The translations under genes and the position numbers were made by a program. A model generated the notes under the pieces. The model saw nothing but the letters and a program-made list of their open reading frames with translations, had not been told where the DNA came from and made no database searches. 64,000 bases of DNA from Chiloscyllium plagiosum (lineage: Eukaryota), in the NCBI RefSeq assembly GCF_004010195.1, contig NC_057719.1, forward strand, positions 52,089,037-52,153,036. The letters run 5' to 3'. Shown here piece by piece: positions 25,215-37,690 of the stretch (position 1 is its first letter; every line of letters begins with the position of its first letter).

Positions 25215-26142
25215 ACTTAACCCTGCAACCACGTTTGTACCTGCTCCAAAGCATCCACATTCATCCTATAGTGTGGCAACCAGTACTGCACGTAATGCTC
25301 CAAATGTGACCTAACTAAAGTTTTATACAGCTGCAGCATAACTTGCTAAGTTTTCTACTCAATGCTCAGAATGATAAAGGTAAGCAAACTCCATTGCTTT
25401 CTTTACCACCTTGTCCACTTGTGTTAGCATTTTCAGGGAGCTATAGACTTGGACCCCAGTTCCCTGTGTATATCAATGCTCCTAAAGGAATTACCATTTA
25501 CTGTATACTTTACTCTTGCATTTGACCTCCTAAAATGCATCATCTCATGCTTGGCTGGAATAAACTCCATTGGACATTTCTTTGCCCAACTTTCCAACTT
25601 ATCTACATTTGGTGGCATCATTAGTCAACCTTCCTTACAATTCACACTTCAGCAAATTTTGTGTCGCCTGCAAAATTACTAATAAGACCACCTCCATTTT
25701 CATCCAATTCATTTACATATATTACAGAGGATAATGGTCCCGGTACTGATCTTTGAGGAACACCACTGACCACAGACATTTAATCAGAAAAACACACCTC
25801 CACAACCACCCTCTGTTTTTAATGACCAAGGCAATTTTGTATCCAACTTACCAACTCACTGCTGAGCCTATTGAACTTAATCTTCCAGACCAGTATACCA
25901 AGAGGGATCTTGTTGAATGCTTTCGTCCATGTAGACAACATACACTGCCCTATCCTCTTCAATTATGACTTCTTCAAAAAAACTCAATCAAATTTGTTAT
26001 CAAAGATGGCACCAGCATAAAACCATACTGACTATCCAGACCTAATTCCATTCTTTTCCAAAGACAAGTAAATCCTGACTCTAAGAATCTTCTCCTATAA
26101 TTTCTCTACCACTGATGTAAGGCTCAATGATCCATAATTTCC
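25215..26142 (-). mobile_element. Decayed CR1 LINE RT fragment
   Basis: Peptide WAKKCPMEFIPAKHEMMHF and traces of the QHGF / LTNLIEFF region. Confidence 0.78.
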
Positions 26143-27200
26143 TTGGGGGAACTCGGTCTGTTCAGTCACTGAGTTGCAATGATGACAGTCAGGGTCTGGT
26201 GTAAAAAATAGTATTCATGTATTTTTCCCTGTATCTTTGATTGTGGACTGAAATGGGAAAAGGACTATTTTAAAAATCAAGGTTTGTGGAAAAGATTCTT
26301 GCACCTTTTTAAAGTAAATTACTTGATACTCGTAGAAAGGGCAATTTACACTGCTGTTCATTCAAGCAGTGGGGTACTTTACTCTAGATAAGCCAGAGGC
26401 ATGGATATGTGAGAAAGGAGATTCAGCTGGCAACAAGTCGCTGACTGCTCTGCGATAAGGTGACCTGTTGTTGATGACATAGACCTTCTGCCTGTCAAGA
26501 ACGACATGATTGGCTCCCAGGCAGCTGATCAGCTGGTGAGTGTGAATGATTAGTCAGAAGCCATCAGAACTCCAAAAAAGGAAGGAGCTGTCCATTTCTC
26601 TATCATAAAAACACATTAATTCTGAAGAAATCTGGTTAAAGTGGGTTCTGACAAGCCAAAGTGAACTGCCTTCCCAATCTTTTCCTCCACCCATAACACC
26701 TATAACTTAATGTTTTTATATGTGCGCAGGAAGGGGACTTTTTACAAGCGTTTTAACCAGTAGAGCAACATGTTTGATGGTTTCCCATTGATAATCTGTG
26801 GCCAGAATCTATTTACTTAAAAATGATAATCATTTTTGTTAAGTAAAGAAACATGATCTGTGCTTTATTTTCAACCTTAGTCTAAAAGACAGGTATACTG
26901 GGCAAGTTTTCATTTGTACATGAAACCTTGAACTTCTGTAACGAATCCAGGAATAGTGGTTTTGATTTCATATATGCTGTTCCAATGAAGGATAACACTG
27001 GTCAGCCATGTGTAGGGCTGTTCATCAAAGTTGGTTAGATGTCTAGGTCTGGGATCAGGTGCCGTAGGACTGGATGAGATAGTTAACCAAGTTGAGTTGG
27101 TAAGTTTGCTTAGACTCATGGCGAGTATTCCTCTGAAAAACTTGATTCCCAATCTTGGGAAGAAGACTGAGTACATTCACCTGATCCATGTCTCTTATGA

Positions 27201-27410
27201 GGAGAAAGTGAGGTCTGCAGATGCTGGAGATCAGAGCTGAAAATGTGTTGCTGGAAAAGCGCAGCAGGTCAGGCAGCATCCAGGGAACAGGAGAATCGAC
27301 GTTTCGGGCATAAGCCCTTCCTGAAGAAGGTCTAATGCCCGAAACGTCGGTTCTCCTGTTCCCTGGATGCTGCCTGACCTGCTGCGCTTTTCCAGCAACA
27401 CATTTTCAGC
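27201..27410. mobile_element. Penelope-derived short element, inverted pair
   Basis: Inverted arms meet at about 27320. 15-bp TSD ccatgtctcttatga at 27186-200 and 27411-25. Near-identical to 11191-11413. Confidence 0.78.
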
Positions 27411-28149
27411 CCATGTCTCTTATGACCTTGTACACCTCTATAAGATCCCCCGCAGTCTCCAATGCTCTCAAGAAAAAGTCCTAGCTTTTCCAACTTCTCC
27501 TTATAACTTAGACCATTGAGTTCAGGCATTACTCTTATAAATTTCTTCTGCACTCTTTCTAGTTTAATACCATCCTTCCTATAGCAAGGTGACAAAACTG
27601 AATGTAATACTCCAAGTGTAGCCTCACCAAAGTTCTGTATAACAGCAATATAACTTTCCAATTTCTATACTCAGTGCACTGACTGATGAGGGCGAGTGTG
27701 CCAAAACCCTTCTTCACTGCCCTGTCTACCTGGGACTCCACTTTCAGAGAACCATACACCTGAACTCCAAGGTCCTTCTGTTCCATTACATTTAACAAGG
27801 CCCTACTTCACCATGAAACTCCTACCTTGATTTGACTTTCCAAAATGCAAGACCTCACATTTCTCTATATTAAACTCCACTTGCCATTTCTCGGCCCACT
27901 TACCCAGCTGTACAAGGCCCTGCTGCAATTTCTGATAACCTTCCTCACTGTCCATGATACCGTCTATTTTTGTGTCATCAGCAGGCCTACTAATCATGCC
28001 TTGTACATCCTCATTCAAATCATTGACCTAGATAACAAACAGTAATGGGCCCAGCACCGTTGCATTTTTCCATCTTTTCTCATCCACTAGTCACAGGCCT
28101 CCAGTCTGACAAGCATCCTCCCATTATTACTCTCTGCTTCCTACTATCA

Positions 28150-28271
28150 CCACCCTTCAAGCTCTCTGCCTGTATTCCTGATGAAGGGCTTTTGTCCGAA
28201 ACATCGATTTTACTGCTCCTCGGATGCTGCCTGAACTGCTGTGCTTTTCCAGCACCACTCTAATCTCGACT
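28150..28271 (+). mobile_element. Penelope-derived short element with hammerhead-like core
   Basis: ctgatgaagggcttttgtccgaaac. 13-bp TSD cttcctactatca at 28137-49 and 28272-84. Confidence 0.72.
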
Positions 28272-29025
28272 CTTCCTACTATCAAGCCAATTTTGTTCTA
28301 TATGATCTAACCTTCCAGAGCAGCCTACCATGTGGAACCGAGGCCTTACTGAAATCTATATAGACTATGTCTATCACCCTGCCTTCGTCAACCTTCCTGG
28401 TCACTTCATAAAAGAACTCTAACAAATTTGTGAGGCATGATCTCCCACTCACAAAGCCATGCTGACTATTCCTAATCAAACCCTATCTTTCCAAATGAAT
28501 ATATCTCTTATCACTCAGAATCTTTTCAAGTAACTTACCCACCACAGATGTTAGGCTTACTGGTTTATAGTTCCCAGCCTTTCTTGAATAAGGACACAAC
28601 ATTCGCTACCCTCTAGTCTTCTGGGACCTCACCCATGGTGAACGATGATGCAAAAATATCAGCCAGGGCACCCACAATTTCTTCTCTAACCTCTTGCAGT
28701 GTTCTTCGATATATCTGGTCAGGACCAGGAGATTTATCCACCTTCATATATTCTGATACATCCAATACCCCCTCTGTGATACTGACTGTCCCCAAGATAT
28801 CACCAGTAACGTCCCCAAGTTCCCAGTTTAGTCATTTCTTTTGTATCTTCAGAGAACTGACACTTCAGTGGAAGATTGGTGTGATTGTGTTCTGTGTCTT
28901 GCAATTCTATTTTTGAAATGATCACCCAATGTTTCTTTGAGCCACGAATAAATTCGCTGAGTGGCGATTATGAGTATTAAAAGTTCATTCTGTATAAGAT
29001 AGTCAAATATGTTTTGCACTATTAT

Positions 29026-29435
29026 AGACAATAGACAAAGACAATAGGTGCAGGAGTAGGCCATTCAGCCCTTCGAGCCTGCACCGCCATTCAATATGAT
29101 CATGGCTGATCACTCCTAACCAGTATCCTCTTCCTGCCTTATCTCCATAACCCTTGATTCCACTATCTTTGAGAGCTCTATCCAACTCTTTTTTAAATGA
29201 ATCCAGAGACTGGGCCTCCACTGCCCTCTGGGGCAGAGCATTCCACACAGCCACCACTCTCTGGGTGAAGAAGTTTCTCCTCATCTCTTTCCTAAATGGT
29301 CTACCCTGTATTTTTAAGCTGTGTCCTCTGGTTCGGCACTCACCCATCAGCGGAAACATGTTTCCTGCTGCCAGAGTGTCCAATCCTTTCATAATCTTAT
29401 ATGTCTCAATCAGATCCTCTCTCAGTCTTGTAAAC
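29026..29435 (-). mobile_element. Young CR1 3' end
   Basis: ORF RTRGHSLKIQGRPFRKEMRRNFFTQRVVAVWNALP, with a tagacaa-type tail repeat. Confidence 0.88.
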
Positions 29436-29481
29436 CCTTCTATTGTAGGTTTGCCTGATATGATAACAATATATAAATGGT

Positions 29482-29672
29482 TAACAAAAACAGAAATTGC
29501 TGGTGAAGCTCAGCAGGTCTGGCACCATCTCTGGAGAGTAATCAGTGTAAATGTTTCAGGTTGAGTGACCTTTCCTCAGAACTCTGATTTCTCTCCACAG
29601 ATGCTGCTGAGCTTTTCCAGAAAGTTCTGTTTTTGTTTCTGATTTATAGCATCCACAGTTCTTTCAGTTTTA
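29482..29672. mobile_element. Short inverted-pair element of a second Penelope-like terminal family
   Basis: Arms aacaaaaacagaa...cagc / gctg...ttctgtttttgtt. Minus-strand core agttctgaggaaaggtca..acctgaaac. Duplicated flank tataaatggt. Relatives at about 4870, 31670, 40015, 46950 and 51470. Confidence 0.6.
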
Positions 29673-30035
29673 ACTATAAATGGTCAACCTTTTTCCCATT
29701 GCTTTTGTTTAATCAGTCTCGGCCTGTTGAGATTGTGGTTCATTTATTTTGAGAATTATATGGGATTTTGGCTTAAATCCAATTACCTAATCATTTTATA
29801 AGTGTTTGATTTTGTTGTCACAACTGATTTGTAGAGTTTGTTTACTTACTTGACTTCTATAGGAGATTCAATACCTTTCAACTAACATAATAGGGCTTGT
29901 GAGTGCTGTTCATGTCACGGATAATAGGGCAGGAACTGAGGATTAGAGTATGGGGGCATGTTAAATTAGTCGGAATGTTCAACCTCATATATTGACCTAG
30001 TCATTGATTTCTTTGGGAACATCAGATTGAGGTTT

Positions 30036-30581
30036 CGTAGTGATTGGAACCAGGTTGATGTCATTGACTATGAGGTTGTTGATTGGGGTTATTGACTTTG
30101 GCCAATCAGGAAAGCTCTGGCTGACCAATTAACCAGGAGATCTGGAAGGGGCATGGGGTGGACCGAGAACCAGAAGGTGGGTAGGGGCGGGCTGCCTGCC
30201 TTAGAGTGGTCGGAAGGTGGGAGGGGCGGGGGCTTGCTGGGTCTGGGCCTGGCTTTGCTGCTCCTCTCCCTTGTAAAATTGCTGTCTCTTGTATGCAGCT
30301 GTAAATGTAACTGTTTGTTGTAAACTGTTTTTGTAATTTGTTTAATAAAATATAAACAGGAAAAAAAAATTAACCAGGAGATTTAGAATCTCTTCAATTT
30401 AGGGAAAAAAAATATAACTTGGAGATTAGAAGATTGAAAAGAACAAAAATATAACCTGGAAATTAGAATCTCCTCAGTTCAAGGGACTGACCACAGCCTG
30501 GCTGGTTATAGCCAGTGTACTGTGCTAAGGAAATAAAAGGTGGCTTGGTGACAGGATACCAGCCTTTGTGCAGTTATTTCA
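30036..30581 (+). mobile_element. Solo LTR (Gypsy-like) with insertions at its TATA-like site
   Basis: cgtagtgattgg...gccaatcagg...ctggctgaccaat...aataaaaggtggcttggtgac...gttatttCA. Flanks ggttt/ggctt resemble a 5-bp TSD. Confidence 0.7.
30142..30367 (+). mobile_element. Short poly(A)-tailed non-autonomous retroelement inserted in the LTR
   Basis: 15-bp TSD aattaaccaggagat at 30127-41 and 30368-82. AATAAA plus an A-run at the 3' end. Its GC-rich 5' part matches 57860-58060 on the minus strand. Confidence 0.72.
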
Positions 30582-33214
30582 GGCTTATTCTGAAAGAAGG
30601 AGGCATCTTTATCACTTGCTGTAGACTTGGCCTGCCTCTTAGCTACTTCAGGCTTGGACCCCCTGAAAGATCTCACTTTATAGCAGTTTTGAGGAAAGAG
30701 GCAGGATTTCAATGGTGGGCTTAGGCCCATCTCCCAGTTTCTGTTTCTAACCTGAGAATCTAATTCCATATCTGTACTCATGTAGAGGCATTGTTCTGGT
30801 AGCTATACTCTACCATCCCGTTTAAAAAAATGGATTGCATTACAAATTAATATGTGATCCATCTGGGTTCACTTACTTGAACATCTTTTTTTCAAAAAAA
30901 TAAATATTTCTGGGAAATATCAACAATTCAATTTCAGCTCTACAGTTCAGAAAGAATATTTCCTTTATGTGAAACATTGTGATTCAGTGAATTTCTATTA
31001 ACAATGCAGGAAAGTTTAATTGTTATGATTTTCACCAAAAGAATCGCTGAGATTGCATTTTTCCATCTTTTCTCATCTAAATTTTTCAGTGCTAACATTT
31101 CTGTCTATCTTCCTGAAAAACCCTCATCTGAGTGAAAAAAAACATCACTTTATGCTGTAGCCTTTTCTAGTCTTTCTCCATTGAAATAATATTCAGCTCC
31201 TTTGTTCTTTTTGATATAGATTACTTTGACTATAACTCTTGGCAGACTCTGTGCCATCCTCACCACTTGCCTTTCATTCACTTCAATCTCTGCTTTGTCA
31301 GATTAGTTAGGTTTCAATTCTCAATATTCCTTGGATTAAAGTAGTTTCTTTTGCATTCCCTGTTGGAATTCTGTGTAACTATTTTATATTTCCGGCCTCG
31401 AGTTTATGTTCTTCCCTACAATAGAAACATCTGGGCCAGTTTTCACCTTCGAATCAGGAACCCTTTGTCAGGTCATTTCCTGTCATATGTTGTTAGTTTC
31501 TAGAAGCTGGGGAGCACCCATGAGATTTTACACTTTAGGAGTCAGGAACATTACTGTCTGTAGAAGGCCTGTGGAGGCAATGGAGGTGAGCTGTTGTTAA
31601 GACAGACTAGCTAAAAGACTCACCTCACTTTGTTGGGACATCATTCAAGTCCTGTAAATTGCAGCAGCTAATTAATACAGATGCTGGAATCTGTACTGAA
31701 AACTACAAATGCTGGAGATTACTGCGGGTCTGGCAGCATCCATGGAAAGAGAGCAAGCTGCAGTTTTGAGTATAAATAACTCCTCATCAAAGCTGTTCTT
31801 TGGTCTCTTAATTTCATCCCAAAACCCATTCTATGCATCCTCAAATCCTGTATTTCCCCCATTCTTCCCATATCCATGCTGCTTTCTTTACCTTTCCTAT
31901 CCCCTTCGCCTGGTTTCTTCAAACCTCCACGGCCCACCAAACCCTTCCGTTACCTCATGCATACTCAGTTCTTTATGTTCCAGTACACAATGTGTACAGA
32001 ATGAATGAGTCATTGGCAAGTGTTTTAAGTCATTGAAATATTACTGAATCTGACATCATAAACAGAGACTTTTGGAGAAAAATGATTATTGTTTAATTTA
32101 ATAAACATATCAATCAGCCAATAACAAATACATCCTTAAGACCTTTAATCTCATCCAAATAAGCAAACAGACAATAGGAAATCTCAATGAAAAACTTATT
32201 CCAACCTTGTGCAGTTGTCAATTAAATCAATCAACTTTTGTCACTCCTCGGATACAGAAGCAGTTCCAGATTCCACGTACTCTCTCTCATGTGTTTACTT
32301 GATAAATATTGTTGATGTCCACTGACTTTGATATTAACATTCCAGTATTGACTATCATTGTTTGCGATTTCACCAAAAGAAATGATTTCATGTGAAGGAT
32401 TGCCTTTAGAGATGGATGTCTGAACCTTTTTGAAAACTGGTTTAAATGATACACTGTTGCAACATGACTTCAGCTGCATGCCAGGAGCTTGCAAGATGGC
32501 ATTTGGCGCATTGACAACATTCCCAGTTCCTATTGCTGTTGCAGTTTGCTGTCAGTCCTACACCAAATGGCTTAAACATTCCTGCACCTACTCCAACCTT
32601 TTCACCCTGTCTGGAGCCCTATTCTTTCCAGAAAGTTCATTGAGTGGAGTTGGGTGGAATTCGTAGCTCACTCACACAATTATGACCAAGGGTTTATGCT
32701 AAATTTTGATGTTCAACTAGGTGTACATTGCATCAATTTGGTACCTGTTTTCATCCTTTGGCCAAAATCCTCTCATCAATCTATATCATGGAAGTCCAAG
32801 AGATCATAAGTATTGAAATTAGAAATAGATGTGGAATTTACAGTTACACATCCGGGATGGCAAATTATCTAGAGAATAGCAGAATGAGCTCTGCAGAAGG
32901 CTAAACTCACTTTATTTTTAATGGGCTCTGATATACTTTATCTAGATTCAGGTTTGATGCTTGAGAGCCCTCACATTCTAAAAATAATTTGATCAGACCG
33001 TTTGCAGCAGTCAATTAAATCTCAGCATTTTTCACCAGGTTTGTCTGAGTACAATGTGGAAAAGTTTGTTCATGTGGTGTCTCTGGCAGGGAAATTGGCA
33101 AGAATACAGAAAATGTGAACCCATTACTAATAGAAAGCAACTTCTGATCAGTGGTTGTAGAACTGCGAAGACAAGGACCAGAAATCAAATTATTAAACTG
33201 GACTCTATGTATTG

Positions 33215-33680
33215 CAGTCAAGATTAGAGTAGTGCTGGAAAAGCGCAACAGGTGCTGGAAGATTGGAACTGGGGTAAGGTGGGGGATGAGGAAATGAGGA
33301 AACTGGCGAAATCCACTGATTCTATGGGGTTGGAGGGTCCTCAGGTGGAAGATGAGGCGTTCTTCCTCCAGACGTCGGGTGGTAAGAAGTGGCAAAGGAG
33401 GAGGCCCAGGAGTTGTATATCCTCAGCAGAATGGGAGGGGGAGTTGAAGCGTTTGGCCATGGTGGGGTTGGTTGATGCGGGTGTTCCAGACATGTTCTCT
33501 GAAGCGCTCTGCAAGTAGGTGTCCTGTCTCCGCAATATAGAGGAGACCGCATCGGTAGCAAAAGATATAGTAAATGACATGTGTGGAAGTGCAGGTGAAA
33601 CCTTGATGGATGTGGAAGGCTCCTTTGGGGCCTTGGACAGAGGTGAGGGAGGGATATGGAAGGCTCTGATTTCCTCACTC
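33215..33680 (-). mobile_element. Penelope-like element 3' fragment with GIY-YIG endonuclease
   Basis: Minus frame reads GPKGAFHIHQGFTCTSTHVIYYIFCYRCGLLYIAETGHLLAERFREH and RRLEEERLIFHLRTLQP. Ends in the cttttccagcac terminus shared with the short elements. Confidence 0.85.
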
Positions 33681-33945
33681 AACCCTTACTTTCTATTCAC
33701 TTTTATACTTCACTATTTAACCATTCACACAAATATTCTACAATGTGGTGTCTCTGTCTCAAAAACATACTCTACAAATAAATTGCATTCATCAAATAAA
33801 GGCCAGATCTTCATTTACATCTTTTACCCCTATGGTAGCAGAGACCACAAAGCTCAAGGAATTGGAAAAGGATTTGAGGCACCTGCCAATAAGAGATCAA
33901 ATGTTAGATGCAGAGATTGAAGCCTTGAGATAAGTAAGACAAACT

Positions 33946-34652
33946 TTAAAAATCACACAACACCAGGTTATAGTCCAACAGGTTTATTTGGAAGCACAAG
34001 CTTTCAGAGCGCTGCTTCTTCATCAGGTAGTTGGTGGGGTAGGACCATAGGACAGAATTTATAGTAAAAGATCAAAGTGTCATACAACTGATGCGATGTA
34101 TTGACAAACCTATTTTACTGTTAAGTCTTAATCACTGAGAATAGGTTGCAGGTTTCATTTCATTAATGTGTAAATCCCAGAACCTCTTTAAAGTCACATT
34201 CCTGAGATAACTTAAGGTTTTATAAAAAGAGGTGACAGCTCAGCTCAGACAATGCATTAAAGGTATAAGGTTAGAGTCTGTCTATATTCCAACCTTGAGT
34301 CAGGCTGGTTCTATTTCCAAAGTATGAATTTATAAAATAGCACATGGACTGACTGCCTACAGATTGTGTGCTTTTTGAACAAAGGAGAATGTATCTAAAA
34401 ATATAAATCTGCAAATGCAAATTCACACCATAGATGCATGTGTGTGCGTGCTTGTGAATGTGCAAACGAGCGAGAGAGAAAGTAAGAGAGTATATGTGTT
34501 CTGTGTCCTATGATCATATCCCACTAGCTACCTGTTAAATGAGCAGTGCTCCAAAAGCCAGTGCTTCCAAATAAACACCAGGATTATAACCTGGTGTTGT
34601 GTGATTTTTAACTTTTTTCACCCTTGTCCAATACCAGCATTTCACATCATGA
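33946..34652. mobile_element. Penelope-like non-coding 3' segment with inverted terminal copy (third family)
   Basis: aaaaatcacacaacaccaggttata...ggaagcac at left is the reverse complement of 34560-34610. Minus-strand core tac-ctgatga-agaagcagcgctct-gaaagctt-gtg at about 33995-34030. Confidence 0.65.
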
Positions 34653-34802
34653 GGTAACTAATACATTCCTAAGCCTCTCAGCTGAAGATATCTCACTAGT
34701 GGCAGGTAACAGAAGTACAGATATCTCTGAAATGCAAAGGTTGACTTTGTTTTGTCAATGACTGAATGAAAATAAAATTGAGAGTGGTGATTTATTATGA
34801 TT

Positions 34803-35460
34803 AGAACATAGAACATAGAAAAGTACAGAACAGAACATGCACTCTGTGCCATAATGTTGTGCCGAGGATTATTCCTAATTTAAAATAAAACAACCTAACC
34901 TAAACACCCCTCAATTCACTGCTGACCATGTGCATGTCCAGCAGTTGCTTAAATTTTCCCTAATGACTCTGCTTCCACCATCACCGCTGGCAACACATTC
35001 CATGCATTCACAACTCTTTGTGTAAAGAAACTACCTCTGATGTCTCCTCTATACCTTCCTCCTAATATCTTAAAACTATGACCCCTCATGCCAGTCAATT
35101 CTGCCCTGGGGAAAAGTCTCGGCTAATGAGTCTATCCATGTTTCTCAATATTTTATATACCTTGGTCAGGTCACCTTTCTTCCTCCTTCTCTCCAGCAAG
35201 AAAAGTCAGAACTTAGTCAACCTCTCTTCGTAAGACAAGCCCTCCAGTCCAGGCAACATCCTGCTAAACTTTCTTTGCACCCTCTCCAAAGCCTCTGTAT
35301 CTTTCCTATAGTAGGGCGACCAGAACTGGACACAAAATTCCAAGTGTGGACTCACCAGGGTCTTGTGGAGCTGCAGCAAAACCTTGCAGCTCTTAAACTC
35401 GATTCCCCCAGTTAATGAAAGCCAAAACACCGTATGCTTTCTTAACAACCCTCTCAACTT
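34803..35460 (-). mobile_element. CR1 3' fragment
   Basis: ORF LVSPHLEFCVQFWSPYYRKDTEALERVQRKF. Tail (agaacat)n. Confidence 0.88.
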
Positions 35461-35794
35461 GATTAGATTCGATTTCCTACAGTATGGAAACAGGCTGTAT
35501 GGCCCAACAAGTTCCACACCGACCCTCCGATGAGCAACCACCCAGACATATGCCTCTATATTTACCCCTAACTAATGTACCTAACACTATGGGCAATTTA
35601 GCATGGCCAATTCACCTAACCAATTCACAACATCTTTGGATTGTGGGAGGAAACTGGAGCATCCAGAGGAAACCCATGCAGACGCGGGAGAATGTGCAAA
35701 CTCCACACATACAGTCACCTGAGGTGGGAATTGAGCCTGTGTCCGTGGTGCTATGAGGCAGCAGTGCTAACCACTGAGCCACCATGCCACCGCC
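35461..35794 (-). mobile_element. HE1-like SINE
   Basis: Head ggcggtggcatggtggctcagtggttagcactgctgcctc, with the same body and tail as 20040. Confidence 0.88.
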
Positions 35795-36559
35795 AAATTT
35801 TATTACAAGATGTACTGCCATTTATATCTAATGTCACTTCAGTCGGTCACCTTAGATAGTTATTTGGGAATTCATCTGATGATTCACAATTCACAAGTGG
35901 GCATGAGCAGACATTGTTGTCAGGGACAGTATTCGCTGTCGTAAACAATATGAAAAAAATCTAATCTGTGATCTTACAATATGACTTTGATTTCCACAAT
36001 GCTGATCTATAAAGGAATTGGAGGAATTATGCGCTGTAGGTTCATAAGGGACTTGATGGTGAAAGATGGACCTGAATGTGGTCACTCACCAATTGCCCTC
36101 ATCTTATCCCTCTTTTAGTCAGAGCCCCAGTTGCTGCCTCTTATTCTCACAATATTCTTAAAATATTAACTCTGCAGTTGGACTTGTGATCTGAACAGCT
36201 TCTTTCTCTCTGTGTGGTGAAATCATGTAGATCATAGAAATAAATCACATAAGTGAAAAAAATCTAATTCTCTCGTGAATGCACATGGTTGTGTGACAAA
36301 ATGTTAGATTGTAAAGTTTTCATTTTTTAAAAATGCCATATAAAATATATTGCTCAGTCCCACTTTCTTATCCACTGATATGTCCCAAGGGCCATCCAGA
36401 CCTTCCATTCACTTCATTATGATTATCAATGCATGATGGGATCTATTGTAATAGATCCTTGTTGGAAGGCCTGAGTAGTGCAAAGGAAGAGATGTGCGGG
36501 TGGTTGACTGAAGGATTTTATTTGTTATGTTTTCCTGTGTGAATAAATATACCTAAGTC

Positions 36560-37690
36560 TAGTTTAGAGTTTAGTGTCCTGTGCATTCTAAGCAGCAATT
36601 TGTCCAGCATTGCATGCTCTGTCTGCATTCTCCTTCTGTATGTTCTCCACACCTAAAAATAAATCCTTTAATCTCCCTCCAGTTGCAGTTCTCAGCATCG
36701 TACAATGCTGTTAAAGGAAAAAAGCATCAACTATTACTCTTGACGCTGTCTCTGGCGAATACAGAAGAACCTCTTGTCAAATCTAATCAGCTGAAGCACA
36801 TCTTTAAAATTCCTATAGATTTTCAATTGACATAGCTGATGGTTCTTGCCTCAGTGACTGTTGTCACTATTGTACAAGGAACATATACCACCGCTCATCG
36901 TGTTTTACGAGTTCTCTATGTGCTCATTAGAAAATCGTCTGCTGCCACCACCTTCCTTCACGTTAGGAATCTACACCCCTACTTGATTGATTGATTGTTA
37001 GAAGAAAACCATCTAATAGTCTAACAAAAAGACTTTTGTCTTAGACAAGATGTGGTTTATTGCATGATGGCAACAATGCACAAATTACACTGATGTACAG
37101 GACATTGTCACAGAGACTATGAGGCAGACCAACTGGTAGACCTTACTCATTCAACATCCAATCTGCTGTGCTTAAGGCACACCTTTCAGACTGTTACAGC
37201 TTTATACAGCAATTCTAGTGCTCATGTACTGCACTGAGATTCCTCACTACTGTCATGAAAATCATCCAAGTTTTAAAGGGGCTTTTCATTGTCTCTTCAG
37301 AACAGGCTCAATCCTGGTATGAAGTGGTCTCAAAACATTGTCCTGGTGAAGTGTGAAGGAATCTTGTTGATTCCTAAGGAACTTGGTGTATATCTGCAGC
37401 AAATGGGGAAGTTTGCTTAACTTGGAGACTTACTAGGTGGTCCACCTGCCTTATGTATTTATCTTGAGTAAAATGCAACACCCCAGTAACATCCTCCAAG
37501 GATGAGCAAAATTTTAAAAAATGTAAGAGTAATGGCAACTTTCACAGTCAGTGGTATTGCTAGCTACAAGGTGTAGCACCCAACATCAGCATTTCTGGGA
37601 AGCTGCAGGTATCTGCTGTTGTCTGACATGACCACATCGATCTACTGAAGCACTGCCCTCCTGAGAGATCAGTGAAGTCACTTGTTCTTG
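36560..37690 (-). mobile_element. Decayed Harbinger transposase
   Basis: Minus-strand peptides DLSGGQCFSR, IPLTVKVAITLTFF, SIGILKMCFS*LD and LYSPETASRVIV occur in HARBI1-like order. Confidence 0.65.

Larger units (their letters stand above)
27170..28830 (-). mobile_element. CR1 LINE fragment carrying two Penelope-derived insertions
   Basis: ORFs KVDKSPGPD, SQHGFVSGRSCLTNLLEFF, ADDTKI, WQVEFNIEKCEVLHFG. Confidence 0.88.

Noticed and set aside
26199..26970. Possible solo LTR of another family
   Set aside because: Looks repeat-like, but I could not fix TG...CA ends or a TSD.
30877..30909. Possible 33-nt minus-strand exon
   Set aside because: Low-complexity A/T runs; the splice-site pair is likely chance.
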